64,000 nucleotides of DNA from Vulcanimicrobiota bacterium (GTDB lineage: Bacteria > Vulcanimicrobiota > Vulcanimicrobiia > Vulcanimicrobiales > Vulcanimicrobiaceae). The stretch lies in the NCBI GenBank assembly GCA_963795855.1, contig CAWCIZ010000002.1, forward strand, positions 544,001-608,000. Reading direction: 5' to 3'. The translations under genes were made by a program, and so were the position numbers. The notes below the pieces were generated by a model, which saw nothing but the letters and a program-made list of their open reading frames with translations, was not told the origin of the DNA and searched no databases. This document shows, piece after piece, positions 1 through 10,788 of the stretch; position 1 is the stretch's first letter, and every line of letters begins with the position of its first letter.

Positions 1-1065
1 CTGCAGCGCAACGGAAATCGAGCGCGGGGAGCCGAGTTGCACGACGAGATCGATCGTACCGATGTCGATGCCGAGTTCGAGAGAAGCGGTCGCGACGACG
101 GCGCGCAGTTCACCGTTCTTCAGCCGGTTTTCGGCTTCGAAGCGCTTCTCTTTCGAAAGACTTCCGTGATGCGGCATGACCACGCCCTCGCCCAGGCGCT
201 CGGTCAATGCAAACGTTGCGCGTTCGCTCATGCGCCGCGTGCCGACGAACACGAGCGTCGTGCGGTGCGCGCGAATATGATCGGCGACGCGATCGTAGAT
301 CTCCGCCCACATCTCCGCGCTGGCGACGGGACCGAGTTCGTCGCTCGGAACTTCTACGGCGATGTCCATCTCGCGGCGGCTCCCGACGTCGATCACCCGT
401 GCGCCCGCGCTCAAAAACCGTGCTATTTCCTCGATCGGCCGCACCGTCGCGGAAAGCCCGATACGCTGCGGTTTGCGTCCCGCGTGCGCTTCGACGAGGG
501 CGTCGAGCCGCGCAAGCGTAAGCGCGAGATGCGATCCGCGCTTGTCCGCGGCCATAGCGTGGATTTCGTCGACGATCACCGTGGTAACGTTGCCGAAGAG
601 CGCGCGCGACTTTTCGGCCGTCAGCAATATGAAGAGCGATTCGGGCGTCGTCACCAGTACGTGCGGGGGTTTTCGCAGCATGCGCGCACGGTCGGCGGTC
701 GTCGTATCGCCGGTGCGCACTGCGGTGCGAATCGGCGAAAGCCCGATACCGCGCCGCTGCGCCAGCTCGAAAATCTCGCCGAGCGGGATTTCGAGATTCT
801 TTCTGATGTCGTTGGTGAGCGCTTTGAGCGGTGAAACGTAAACGACGAACGTTTGGCCGGATAGGGTGCTGCGCTGCGCTTGCTCGAGCAGGCGGTCAAG
901 GCAAATCGAAAAAGCGGCGAGCGTCTTGCCCGAACCGGTCGGCGCGGATATGAGCACGTCGCTGCCGGACCGGATGAGCGGCCAGCCTTCGATCTGCGGC
1001 TGCGTGGGGGACCAGGCGCGGCTCTCAAACCACGCTCGCAGCAGGGGGTGAAAATCTTCGAGCAC
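1..1065 (-). CDS. lhr: Lhr-family DEAD/DEAH helicase, N-terminal part (runs off window start)
   Basis: Manual minus-strand translation from GTG 1065: MLEDFHPLLRAWF...SAPTGSGKT (Walker A), YVSPLKAL, VTTPESL, IVDEIH, ATASLELGIDIG...QLGSPRS. Frame stays open to position 1. Not in the ORF track; the plus-strand 37..834 ORF is its shadow. Confidence 0.92.
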   Translation of the reverse strand, partial: MLEDFHPLLRAWFESRAWSPTQPQIEGWPLIRSGSDVLISAPTGSGKTLAAFSICLDRLLEQAQRSTLSGQTFVVYVSPLKALTNDIRKNLEIPLGEIFELAQRRGIGLSPIRTAVRTGDTTTADRARMLRKPPHVLVTTPESLFILLTAEKSRALFGNVTTVIVDEIHAMAADKRGSHLALTLARLDALVEAHAGRKPQRIGLSATVRPIEEIARFLSAGARVIDVGSRREMDIAVEVPSDELGPVASAEMWAEIYDRVADHIRAHRTTLVFVGTRRMSERATFALTERLGEGVVMPHHGSLSKEKRFEAENRLKNGELRAVVATASLELGIDIGTIDLVVQLGSPRSISVALQ

Positions 1066-1155
1066 TGTTGCGGTATTCAACACCGCCCGCCTCGTGCCGT
1101 TTGCGCGCGGACCGATTCCGAGGAGTTCCGGCGCATGAGGGATTAGGATTGGTGG

Positions 1156-3327
1156 ATGCTCACGCCGCCCCTCAGCGCGATTGCCGCTCTCGTTCTCGCC
1201 TTGGCAACCGGCGGCACGCCGCCGGGTGAGATCCCTTTCACGAAAGACATGCCGGCGCTGGCGGCGCGCGTCCTGGCGTCGTATCACGGCAGCGATCGCA
1301 CTACGGACCTCGACAACCGTTTTCGCCTTCAAATCGTCGCCGGCCGTTACGCGGATGCCGAGCGAAGCCTGAACCTTCTGCGACGCGATGAAGACCCGGC
1401 CTACCCGCAGTCCGCGACGAATTACTCGCAGTACGTCATCTTCGTGCGCGCCATGCGCATGCAGAGCATCGCAGTGCCGTTCGCGCAGGCGTTTGCTCGG
1501 GCGTTCACGCGTTTTGTCGGACCGCTGAGCGACGTCAAAGCGGCCTACGTGATTCGCCGGTTCATCATTCTCGCCGGCCTGCAAAACGGCGTCGATGCGG
1601 ACCTGAAAGCGCAAGGCGCGAAGCCGGCGATCTCGCTCGGAGATGCGCTCGATCTTTTGCGGCGCTATCAAATCGCGACGATGTACCGCGCTTTCGCCAC
1701 GCAGACGAGCGCGCTGATTGCACGCGACGATCGCCGCAGGTACGTCATCGAACGCAACGTCTTGGTGAAAGCGCCCGACGGCCGCTCGATGTGCGCGTAC
1801 GTCGTCCGGCCGCGAGGCGCGAAGCGAGCGCTGCCGGCGCTATTAGAGTATTCGATTTACGCGGACCGGCGCATCGTGTTACAGGATCCGCGGCTTTCGG
1901 CGGCACACGGCTATGCGGGTGTAAACGCGTACACACCCGGAACCGCGTGCAGCAGCGGCGCAATCGTGCCGTACGTGGGCGAAGGCGCGCACGCCGATGC
2001 CGTCATCAGGTGGATAAGCCGCCGGCCGTGGAGCGACGGCCGCGTCGGCATGTTCGGCGGCAGTTACAACGGTTTCGCGGTATGGGCGGCGGCAAAGGAT
2101 GCGCCGTCTGCGCTCAAAGCGCTCATGTCATCGGTGTCGAACGCGCCCGGCGTCGATACGCCGATGGAGCGCAACGTCTTCGAAACGTGGGTGTTTCCGT
2201 GGCCGCTCTACACAACCGCGGCGAAATGGCTGGACGCGAGTACGGAAACGATGCCGTTCGATTTGGCGCAGGTTCAAAAACGCTGGTACGTGAGCGGGAA
2301 AGCATACAGTTCGCTCGACCGCATCGCCGGCGTTCGCAATCCGATCTGGGACGGCTGGCTGCATCATCCGAGATACGACGCATTCTGGCAGAGCCTGATA
2401 CCGTACCGAAGCGATTTTGCGCGGATTCATCTTCCCGCGCTGCTTACCGACGGCTACCTGAGCGGGCAGAACGTGGGCGGCATCTACTATTTTTCGCAGT
2501 ACCGCCGGCATAGCCCGAGTGCGCAAGCGTATTTCGTAGTCGGGCCGTACGATCACTTCGCCGGTCAATTCGGAACGACGACGTCGGCGGGGCGTGACGA
2601 ACGCGAAATCGACGGCTACGCGATCGATCCGGCGGCCGACGTCGACATGCAGGCGTTGCGATACGCGTGGTTCGATTTCATTTTCAAAGGCGCGGCAAAG
2701 CCCGCGCTGCTTGCGGACCGCGTCAACTACGAAGTGATGCACGGCAACCATTGGGAACACGCGCCGACGATCGGCGCCATGGCTCGCCGGATTTTATCGG
2801 TGCACTTACGCAACGCGCGGCAGAGCGTGAACTTCGCGGACCGCGCCGACGTCAACCGCGTGCCGCCGGCAACCGGCCTGGACACGTATCTCGGAATCGC
2901 GTACGAGAGCGCGCCGCTCGCGCATGCCGTCGAAGTAAACGGCATCATATCCGGCCGGCTCGACTTCATCTGCAACAAACGAGACTTCGACTTCAACATC
3001 GGTCTCTTTCAACGGCTGCCGGACGGCACGTATGAGGCCGTTACCAACTATATGGCAAGAGCGAGTTACGTCGGCGATCCCTCGCTGCGAAAACTTCTCA
3101 CACCAGGAAGGCGCACGAGCCTGCGGTTTACGGGCAGCCGGCTGACGGCGTGGAAGTTCGAGCGGGGAAGCCGCATCGTCGTCCTCGTGAGCATCGTCAA
3201 AGATCCCGGCCTGGAATTGAATTACGGAACCGGAAAGGCGGTCGCGGACGAAACGATCGCGGACGCAAAGATGCCGCTGCGCATTCAATGGTTCCCGGAC
3301 AGCGTGGTCGACGTACCGGTGCGCTAG
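1156..3327 (+). CDS. Secreted CocE/NonD-family (S15-like) hydrolase
   Basis: Signal peptide; WSDGRVGMFGGSYNG nucleophile elbow; GPYDH; C-terminal PepX_C-like beta domain. Confidence 0.85.
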   Translation: MLTPPLSAIAALVLALATGGTPPGEIPFTKDMPALAARVLASYHGSDRTTDLDNRFRLQIVAGRYADAERSLNLLRRDEDPAYPQSATNYSQYVIFVRAMRMQSIAVPFAQAFARAFTRFVGPLSDVKAAYVIRRFIILAGLQNGVDADLKAQGAKPAISLGDALDLLRRYQIATMYRAFATQTSALIARDDRRRYVIERNVLVKAPDGRSMCAYVVRPRGAKRALPALLEYSIYADRRIVLQDPRLSAAHGYAGVNAYTPGTACSSGAIVPYVGEGAHADAVIRWISRRPWSDGRVGMFGGSYNGFAVWAAAKDAPSALKALMSSVSNAPGVDTPMERNVFETWVFPWPLYTTAAKWLDASTETMPFDLAQVQKRWYVSGKAYSSLDRIAGVRNPIWDGWLHHPRYDAFWQSLIPYRSDFARIHLPALLTDGYLSGQNVGGIYYFSQYRRHSPSAQAYFVVGPYDHFAGQFGTTTSAGRDEREIDGYAIDPAADVDMQALRYAWFDFIFKGAAKPALLADRVNYEVMHGNHWEHAPTIGAMARRILSVHLRNARQSVNFADRADVNRVPPATGLDTYLGIAYESAPLAHAVEVNGIISGRLDFICNKRDFDFNIGLFQRLPDGTYEAVTNYMARASYVGDPSLRKLLTPGRRTSLRFTGSRLTAWKFERGSRIVVLVSIVKDPGLELNYGTGKAVADETIADAKMPLRIQWFPDSVVDVPVR

Positions 3328-3403
3328 CCCGGCGGCGAGGACCCATCGAAATCGCAAAACGTGGCTCTTTCGAAATCACCGTTCATCCGGTATCTTTGAC
3401 CGG

Positions 3404-3892
3404 ATGGAAGCAACAGCGCCGCAGCGCGACTGCAGTCGCGATTTCGATTTTTTGTTCGGCATTTGGCGCGTGCGGCATCGCCGGCTCCGCCGTCCGTTGT
3501 CTGATTCCGATGAGTGGTACGAGTTCGACTCGGAGTACAAAGCCGTGCCGATCTGGGGCGGCAAAGCGAACCTGGACGAGTTCGCCGGTGAATCGCCGCT
3601 CGGCCGATTCGAAGGCCTGACGCTTCGCTTGTACGATACGGCGAGCCAAACTTGGAGTTTGTATTGGGCGACGGCCAAAAACGGCCTAACGGTAACGCCC
3701 AACGTCGGCACGTTCACCGACGAGGGAGTCGGCGAATTTTTTTCGGACGAACTCTTCGACGGAAAGCCGATACGCTGCCGGTACCGCTGGATTCAGCAGT
3801 ACGAAAGCGGCTGCCGCTGGGAACAAGCATTTTCCGCCGACGGCGGCCGCAGATGGGAAACGAATTGGACCATGGACTTCACGCGCGCGTAA
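3404..3892 (+). CDS. DUF1579-like hypothetical protein
   Basis: DFDFLFGIWRVRHRRL N-terminus and WEQAFSADGGRRWETNWTMDF C-terminus are typical of this family. Confidence 0.75.
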   Translation: MEATAPQRDCSRDFDFLFGIWRVRHRRLRRPLSDSDEWYEFDSEYKAVPIWGGKANLDEFAGESPLGRFEGLTLRLYDTASQTWSLYWATAKNGLTVTPNVGTFTDEGVGEFFSDELFDGKPIRCRYRWIQQYESGCRWEQAFSADGGRRWETNWTMDFTRA

Positions 3893-3918
3893 CCGCGCCG
3901 CGCGAAAACGGTTTCGGC

Positions 3919-4608
3919 GTGGTGGAGTTGCGCCGCTACACCGTCGTGCCGGGGCGACGGGACGACCTGATCTCCCTCTTCGAGCGCGAATTCATCGAAA
4001 GCCAAGAGCAGTGCGGAATGGTCCCGGTCGGGCACTATCGCGAAATCGGAAATCCGGATACCTTCATCTGGTTTCGCGGGTTTGCGGACATGGATCGACG
4101 GCGCAGCGCGCTCGAGGCGTTCTACCTTCAGTCGCCGGCATGGCTGCAGAATCGAGACGCCGCGAACGCGACCCTGATCGATTCCGATAACGTGCTGCTG
4201 CTGCGGCCTGCGCGGCCGGCGAGCGGATTCGATTTGAGCGGATTGCCACGCCGTTCGCAAACGGAAACCGCGAACGGCTCGTGCGTCGCTGCGGCAATCT
4301 TCATGCTTGCCGATCCTGCATCGCGCGAGATCCTCGATCGGTTCGGCGAAAACGCGCTCGCGGCCGCGGCGCAGGACGCGCGGCGGATCGCGTGGTTCAT
4401 CACCGAAGAACGCGCGAACGACTTTCCGCGCTTACCGGTTCGCGAAAACGAACGCGCGCTGGTCGTGACCGGAATTTGTGAGGATGAGGAGCAGGCCGAA
4501 CGCTGGCTCGACGCTCTCGAAAACGCGATGCCGCCGCAATTGCGCACGGCACTCCTGCACATCGAACGGCTGCGCTTGCAGCCGTGCGCGCGCGCCATCT
4601 ACCAGTAA
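3919..4608 (+). CDS. NIPSNAP-family protein
   Basis: VVELRRYTVVPGRRDDLISLFEREF...FIWFRGF...DSDNVLLLRP. Start approximate; the ORF-track start at 3652 overlaps the upstream gene. Confidence 0.75.
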   Translation: MVELRRYTVVPGRRDDLISLFEREFIESQEQCGMVPVGHYREIGNPDTFIWFRGFADMDRRRSALEAFYLQSPAWLQNRDAANATLIDSDNVLLLRPARPASGFDLSGLPRRSQTETANGSCVAAAIFMLADPASREILDRFGENALAAAAQDARRIAWFITEERANDFPRLPVRENERALVVTGICEDEEQAERWLDALENAMPPQLRTALLHIERLRLQPCARAIYQ

Positions 4609-4615
4609 ACGCGCT

Positions 4616-6040
4616 TTAGAGCAATCCGGCGAGCGTCTTAATCGCCTGCTTCCCGGCGGCGGGCGGCACGGCCGCAAATCCGATGACCACGCCGTTCATA
4701 GACGATGGTCCGCGAAAATACGACGAAAGCGCCGGAACGATGATGCCGCGCTCGGCTGCGCGACGTGAAAATGCCGCATCACTGACGTCTTTGGGAAGTT
4801 CGACGATAAAGTGCAGGCCTGCCGCTGAATCGCGAATGCGCGCGCGCGAACCAAAGCGCCGCACGATCTCGCTGCTCGCGGCGCGACGGCGCTCGTCGTA
4901 CACTTTGCGCATCCTGGTAACGTGACGCGCGAACTGACCGGTCTCGATAAACGTCGCGAGCGCATCCTGCATGACTGCCGCGGGTTGCCCGCCGAGAACC
5001 TGCTGAGCGGCATGGAACGCGCCGTACAACGCTCTAGGAACGACGATGTACGCGACGCGCAGCGCCGGCGCGAGCACTTTGCTGAACGTTCCGACGTACA
5101 ACACGCGCCGGCCGCCATCCAATCCCTGAAGTGCCGGCTGCGGTCGACCGGTGTAGCTGAATTCGCTGTCGTAATCGTCTTCGACGATCCACGTCTCGTT
5201 TTTTTTCGCCCAATCGAGCAGCGCCAACCGGCGTTCGAGCGAAAGCACGGCGCCGGTCGGGTACTGGTGCGAAGGCGTGACGTGAATGAGCGAAGCGTGC
5301 ACGGACGCAAAGCGCGCAACCTCGACTCCCGCGTCGTCGACCGGCGCGGGAACGAGCTGCGCACCGTGGGCCAACAGTACACCCTGTACGCTCGGATACC
5401 CCGGCTCCTCGACCAGCACGGCGTCGCGTTCGTTCAGCAGCACGCGAGCGATGAGGGCAAACGCCGCTTGCGCGCCGGCAGTGACCAGCACCTGATCCGG
5501 CGTACATGCAATCCCGCGCGTTTGCCGCAGCCTGCGGGCGATCGCGCTGCGCAGCCGCTCATCGCCGAACGCCGGCGGATAATCGAGCAGTTCGCCGCTC
5601 CAGCTTCGCGAGTCGAACGCACGCTTAAACTGCGCCGCGGGAAAGAGATCGAGCGCGGGAATGCCGGGCCGAAACGGCGCGCACAGGCGTTGGTTCGCCG
5701 CCAAGTCCTGCGCCGCGACGAACGCGGCTGCCGCGCGCGAGGGCAAAAACTCCGTTTCGTCGTGCGTTGTTGCCGCATGCATGCGATACTGCAGCGCATC
5801 GGCGACGAACGTCCCAACGCCTCGAACGAATGTGAGATATCCTTCGGCTTGCAACTGCGTGAGTGCGGCGACGATCGTATTGCGCGATAGACCCAAGTGC
5901 ACGCGCAAGTCGCGGCTCGACAAAATGCGCTCGCCCGGTTCCAGGCGGCCCGACAAGATCGCTTCCCGGATCGACGCTTCCAATTGCCGGTGCAGCGGGA
6001 CCGCCGACTTGCGGTCCACGACGATGCCTCGATCGCGCAC
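4616..6040 (-). CDS. MocR/GabR-family regulator (GntR HTH plus PLP aminotransferase domain)
   Basis: GntR HTH (LEASIREAILSGRLEPGERILSSR), VTPSHQYPTG, IVEDDYDSEF, GTFSKVLAP. GTG 6040 lies just after the upstream stop. Confidence 0.9.
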   Translation of the reverse strand: MRDRGIVVDRKSAVPLHRQLEASIREAILSGRLEPGERILSSRDLRVHLGLSRNTIVAALTQLQAEGYLTFVRGVGTFVADALQYRMHAATTHDETEFLPSRAAAAFVAAQDLAANQRLCAPFRPGIPALDLFPAAQFKRAFDSRSWSGELLDYPPAFGDERLRSAIARRLRQTRGIACTPDQVLVTAGAQAAFALIARVLLNERDAVLVEEPGYPSVQGVLLAHGAQLVPAPVDDAGVEVARFASVHASLIHVTPSHQYPTGAVLSLERRLALLDWAKKNETWIVEDDYDSEFSYTGRPQPALQGLDGGRRVLYVGTFSKVLAPALRVAYIVVPRALYGAFHAAQQVLGGQPAAVMQDALATFIETGQFARHVTRMRKVYDERRRAASSEIVRRFGSRARIRDSAAGLHFIVELPKDVSDAAFSRRAAERGIIVPALSSYFRGPSSMNGVVIGFAAVPPAAGKQAIKTLAGLL

Positions 6041-6045
6041 GCGCG

Positions 6046-8307
6046 CTACCGTCCCGTCAGCGTCAGCGTATCGGCCGCCGCGCGGTTCACGGCGTGTTGG
6101 GAGAATGGAAGCGGAACCATCGCACCGCGAATCCACGCCGAAGCGAGATCGTCGTAGTGGCCGGATCCCGGTTCGCCCGACTCTCCGCTCGGCAATACAA
6201 TTCCGCCGCCGTCCCAATTTCCGACGTCCCACACCGCGCGAAAGCCTTGCGCGAATCCCGGCTCCTGCAGATGGATGCTGTACTCATCGCCGTCGCCGGG
6301 CAGCGAGATGCCGCGCAGCAATCCGTACCACGTTTGCGAGAGCGGATGCTCGACGTCGACGCGGCCGCCCTCGCCCCACGGAGACGGTTCGTCTTGCGGC
6401 TCGCGCAATGCGGCGCTCGCAGTTTCGTCGATGCTTTCGCGCGCGCCGCTGTTCGATTCGCGAATTTGCGCGAGCAGATAGGCGGGCGATGCGTTTTGCT
6501 GCAGCAAATCGTTCATAAGACTGTGTTCGAACGACGCCGTTCGCGAATCCGGTGTGAAGCACCCGTTCCACCGAGCCAGGCCCATCCGCAGCGGACTGCG
6601 CCGAACCTCGCCGTCCGGTTGCGTGGCGCGCACCACGTCGCGTGCGAATTCCGCGTCGATCGGCGAACACGAGTCCATCTGCATTCGAGAAAAATATGCC
6701 GCATCGTACGCCTTACGCGAATGCAGCAGCGCGGCAATGCGATAGGCCCGGTACGGCGGTTCGAATGCCGCCGACAAGCGGTATCGATAGCCGGCTCCAT
6801 ACATGCGGTTGTTGGCGCTGATGAGGATGCCCGAACGCGAGGCGGCGCGAGCGGGCAATGCGCGGAACGGAATCAGCGCAAATGGCTTCGGCAAGTGGCG
6901 CGCGGAGTGCACGTAACGGCCCCACGCGGGATCGCCGGGAATCGAACCGGCTAGATGATAGGCGACCGCGCCGGACAGGTCGGCGACGATGAAATTTTGC
7001 GGCGCGCCGCGGTATGCGGCGAGCGCGCGCATCGCCGCATGTATGCTGCTCGCACGGTCCAATTCGAGCAGCGTCGCTATGCTCGTCTTCGTCTGCATGT
7101 AAGGCGCCCAACGCACGAACACGACGTCGCCGTCTTCACCGGCTTGGATCGAAAACGCGTCTGCGGTGCGATAATACGTCTTCCACACCGCCGGAGCGAA
7201 GCGAACGCCGAACCGCTCGAGCGTTTTCGCGCCCCGCGGAAAAACGCGGACGCGATATAACGAACTCGTGGTTACCTCCGCATTGGTTACGGCCCACGCA
7301 ATGCGCTCGTTGTGACCGAGCACCACGCCCGGAAGTCCCGGCACGACGGCGCCCGCGGCATGAAACCCGGGCGAACGAAGATCGATGGCGTACCAAATTC
7401 CCGGAATCGTCAGGTCTACGTGCGGATCGTTCGCGATCAGCGCGCGATGCGCACGCGTGAGCACCGAGCCTGCGGCCCACGCGTTACTTCCGGCGCGCAG
7501 CCGCGATGGGCGATACGCAAGCGAATTCGCTGCGCAGTCGACGGTGCGACGCGGGCTTGCAACGGTACGCAGCGGACGGCCGCCGAGCGACACGTCGTAC
7601 CGCGTATCTGAAAGTGGAAACTGCACGTCGTAGCATGCGCGGCCGAGCGCTTTCCATCGGTCGTCGCGAGCGAGGACGTCATACCACGAATCGCCCAGTT
7701 CGAGCGCCGCGACTATCGATACCGCGATGGAATCCTGCGGAGTCCAGGCCGCCGGCCGGTACAGCAGCATTCGAAATTCCACGGGCAGCGGCTGGCGCGC
7801 TTGCGCCGCATTGACGCCGGCACTGAATGCATCCAAAGCCTCGCGCGTCGCTGCATCGGTTCCACGCCACTGGCGCGACGCAATGCCTTGCACGTCCACC
7901 GCGCGCATCTCTTCGTCGAGCGCGAGCGCCTTCGCGCCGAACACTTCCGCGAGCCGCCCGTACGCATAGCGGCGCGTGAGATCCATTTCGAACAGCCGGT
8001 CCGACGCCTGCGCGAAGCCTTCTCCGAAGAACAGATCGTGCGCATTGCGCGCCCGAACGTGCGGAATGCCGCGCGCGTCGCGCACAATTGCGACGGCGCT
8101 TGTAACGTCGAGTCCGTTTACGGTACCGCGCGTTATAGCGCTGCTTCTGAAGCCCGCGGCGACGTTCGCGGTGTAAGAGAGCGCCATCAGCAGCAGCAGT
8201 GCGCCGGCCACGGCGACGTGGCGCCGCACCATTGCGTACAGCGCCGACGGCCAAGTAGGGTCCGCGCAAGCGAGCAGGCGCGGATCCTTGCGTGTGAACA
8301 CGCTCAT
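6046..8307 (-). CDS. Penicillin acylase family (Ntn hydrolase, S45)
   Basis: RDARGIPHVRA, DRLFEMDLTRR, GSNAW autoprocessing Ser, ANDPH, SANN, GESGEPGSGHYDD. Confidence 0.92.
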   Translation of the reverse strand: MSVFTRKDPRLLACADPTWPSALYAMVRRHVAVAGALLLLMALSYTANVAAGFRSSAITRGTVNGLDVTSAVAIVRDARGIPHVRARNAHDLFFGEGFAQASDRLFEMDLTRRYAYGRLAEVFGAKALALDEEMRAVDVQGIASRQWRGTDAATREALDAFSAGVNAAQARQPLPVEFRMLLYRPAAWTPQDSIAVSIVAALELGDSWYDVLARDDRWKALGRACYDVQFPLSDTRYDVSLGGRPLRTVASPRRTVDCAANSLAYRPSRLRAGSNAWAAGSVLTRAHRALIANDPHVDLTIPGIWYAIDLRSPGFHAAGAVVPGLPGVVLGHNERIAWAVTNAEVTTSSLYRVRVFPRGAKTLERFGVRFAPAVWKTYYRTADAFSIQAGEDGDVVFVRWAPYMQTKTSIATLLELDRASSIHAAMRALAAYRGAPQNFIVADLSGAVAYHLAGSIPGDPAWGRYVHSARHLPKPFALIPFRALPARAASRSGILISANNRMYGAGYRYRLSAAFEPPYRAYRIAALLHSRKAYDAAYFSRMQMDSCSPIDAEFARDVVRATQPDGEVRRSPLRMGLARWNGCFTPDSRTASFEHSLMNDLLQQNASPAYLLAQIRESNSGARESIDETASAALREPQDEPSPWGEGGRVDVEHPLSQTWYGLLRGISLPGDGDEYSIHLQEPGFAQGFRAVWDVGNWDGGGIVLPSGESGEPGSGHYDDLASAWIRGAMVPLPFSQHAVNRAAADTLTLTGR

Positions 8308-8314
8308 TTATTCG

Positions 8315-8323
8315 ATTATAGCA
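8315..8323 (-). promoter_or_regulatory. Extended -10 promoter (TGcTATAAT), likely leaderless transcript
   Basis: TATAAT ends 7 nt before ATG 8307; no SD sequence. Confidence 0.65.
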
Positions 8324-8347
8324 GCAGCGGCGTGACCGGCCGAAGTA

Positions 8348-8689
8348 TCAGTCCCCTTCGCGAAACGATTCGATCGCCTCGTCGACGGTGTCGAACAACG
8401 GCCACACGCGATCCAACTGCGTCGCGCGGAAAATCTTCTTGAGGCGCGCGCTGACGCCGACGAGCCGCTCCACCGGCATGTCGTTCTGCGAACGGCGCCG
8501 GCGCATGCGCATCAACGCGCCGAACGCCGTGCAATCCAACAGACGCACTGCACTGAAGTCGAGGACCACGTGCTCCTGCCGGTAGACCGGAGCCAATCGG
8601 TGGGTGAACTCGGCGCAGTGAAAAACATCCAAATCGCCGGAAAGCGAAATTACGAGCGAGTCTACGGTTCGCGGTGCGTATTCAAGCAT
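8348..8689 (-). CDS. STAS-domain anti-sigma factor antagonist
   Basis: ISLSGDLDV...VVLDFSAVRLLDCTAFGAL...LFDTVDEA. Confidence 0.85.
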   Translation of the reverse strand: MLEYAPRTVDSLVISLSGDLDVFHCAEFTHRLAPVYRQEHVVLDFSAVRLLDCTAFGALMRMRRRRSQNDMPVERLVGVSARLKKIFRATQLDRVWPLFDTVDEAIESFREGD

Positions 8690-8900
8690 TACGCCATCCC
8701 CCTGGTTGCCTATCCTACCCGGGAACGGCGCGAGCAGCCTAGAGCCATCTCGACTGGGTGCCATGAGCCGCTTGGCGGATATTGTCCAGAGCATCGCGCG
8801 AGCGCCGGCCCGACTCCTACGAAGAGTGGGGCTCAATACCCACTGCCGGATTCCCGAGGCACCCTTCCGCCGCCGGGGCGGTTCGACGCATCATGCCTGC

Positions 8901-9845
8901 ATGGGTGAACGGGGGCCTGAAATCAGCGTTATCATCCGCACTCGCGGCGACGACTCGCGCCGCGCCAGCCTTCGCCGTGCCATCGACTCGGTGCTCGAGC
9001 AAGAAGGCGTGCAAGCGCGGTGCATCGTCGTATTCAATGCCGTCCCATCGACCAAACTTCCGCCGGAACTCGAAGAGCCCAATCCCAACATCCTCTTGCT
9101 CTCGATGGCGCGCGAGGATAAGGCGTTGGCGACGTCCGTCGGCCGCGCCGCGGTTCAAACGAAGTACTTCACGTTCTTGGACGACGACGACGAACTGCTT
9201 GCGGACTCCCTCGCATATCGCGTGCGCTTCCTGGAGCGCGACCGGAGTCTGGATTGCTTGGCGACCAACGGCGAATACGTCATCGACGGCGCGAGCCGGC
9301 CCGCGCTGGTCGTAAAATCGGGATCCGCCACGGATTACGCAGACGAAATTCTGCGCGGCCGCAACTGGCTGGCTTCGTGCGGCGCGGTCTTTCGGACGCA
9401 CACGATCTGTCAAGAGTTTTTCGAACACCTGCCGGTTCACTTCGAGTGGACCGTCATCGGATTCCGCATCGCGGTGCGGCGCAAAGTGAAATACGTCAAC
9501 GTGCCCACGTACCGGATTTACAGCACTCCCGATTCCCAGTCGAAGATCCCAAATTACGTGGACACGCCGCCGGAGATCGTCGACGACATGCACCGTTGGA
9601 ACGACGCCTATCGCCGGCTTCCGCTTCTGCTTCGCCGGCGCGCCGTCGCGAACCACGAAGCGTGCTCGCACTACCGCCTGAACGGAAATTTTGCGCGCGC
9701 CTGGCACTATCACTGGAAGAGTCTCTCGAACGTCTTCGGCCTTGACTATGTGCCGTACACGCTGCTTCTGCTTGCGCGATCCCGCGCACCGATCCCGACG
9801 CTCAACGAACTTTTCAAAGGGTCGGCCGCGGAAAACTCGCCGTGA
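8901..9845 (+). CDS. Glycosyltransferase family 2
   Basis: ISVIIRT, LRRAIDSVLEQ, YFTFLDDDD (DxD). Confidence 0.85.
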   Translation: MGERGPEISVIIRTRGDDSRRASLRRAIDSVLEQEGVQARCIVVFNAVPSTKLPPELEEPNPNILLLSMAREDKALATSVGRAAVQTKYFTFLDDDDELLADSLAYRVRFLERDRSLDCLATNGEYVIDGASRPALVVKSGSATDYADEILRGRNWLASCGAVFRTHTICQEFFEHLPVHFEWTVIGFRIAVRRKVKYVNVPTYRIYSTPDSQSKIPNYVDTPPEIVDDMHRWNDAYRRLPLLLRRRAVANHEACSHYRLNGNFARAWHYHWKSLSNVFGLDYVPYTLLLLARSRAPIPTLNELFKGSAAENSP

Positions 9846-10784
9846 AATCGCCGCTCTATTACGCCGAACGCATCGTCGCGCAGCCCAAGCGCTATCTAAA
9901 CCGCGACGTCTTCAGACGCGTCGTCAAAGAAGATACGCTGCGGTTGCGAACCAACGCCCGATACGCGGTGCCGTTCGTCCAGAAGCGGTTGTCCACGCGC
10001 AAGCGCCGCAAAGTGGCGGTCTTTCCGACGTCGATGAACTACTTCTTCCCCGCCGAATCCTACGTCGCTTGGAAAACGCTGCGGGCGTGCGGCGCGACGC
10101 TCTGTGGGGCCGGTGAAAAAGATACGCAGGCTGGCGATTGCGTGGAACCCATCGACGCAGTACGAACCGGATGCGCCGACGCTCGAACGGCTGCGGCAAC
10201 GCCATTACGTCGTGAACGGTGAGTGCACGGACATTCGCAAGTCGCGCGTCGGCGACGAGTTCTTCAACGTGTTCGGGTACCGGCTAGAAATCGATCCGTT
10301 GACGTACGACGGCATTTTGGTGCGCAAATCGGAGCGGAACGGCCCGCACGACGCGACGCTCTTGCAAGGCCCGCTCGCGAGCGTCGAACCCGGCTACGTC
10401 TATCAGCGGCTCATCGACTACCGCACGTCGTACGGGATGACGGAATGGCGCGTGCTGATCGTCGGCCGCCGCATCGTGCACGTCTACGCGAATTGCCGTC
10501 CCGTCGACAACCGCTTCGTCACGGTTGCGGCCAGAAGCGTCATATGCACGCTCGAGGAGACGTTCAGCCAGGACGAACGCCGCGACATCGAGCGGTTCAC
10601 GGATGCAATGCGATTGGATTTCGGGGCGCTGGACGTGCTGCGCGACGAACGTGACGGCCGCATCTACATTTGCGACTGCAATAACACGCCGACTGGCCCT
10701 TCATCGATCATGCCCGGGCGTTTGCAGGTACGAATCGTGCGCGATTTGGCGGAGGCTTTCGAGGCGGCGTACTTCCGGCAATGA
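9842..10784 (+). CDS. ATP-grasp-like protein, frameshifted near 10105
   Basis: ORFs 9842..10222 and 10104..10784 join. C-terminal half has VRKSE, YVYQRLI, EWRVLIVG, LDFGALDVLRD...IYICDCNNTP. GTGA coupling to the GT2 gene. Confidence 0.6.
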
Positions 10785-10788
10785 CCGC

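Noticed and set aside
37..834. 265-aa plus-strand ORF and many similar long overlapping ORFs (e.g. 4922..5890, 57645..58880, 58905..60263)
   Set aside because: Antisense shadows of recognisable genes in high-GC DNA; the real gene here is minus-strand lhr.
9842..10784. ATP-grasp protein as a graspetide synthetase for the 56-aa peptide
   Set aside because: It is 10 kb away, coupled to a glycosyltransferase, and lacks an adjacent precursor.
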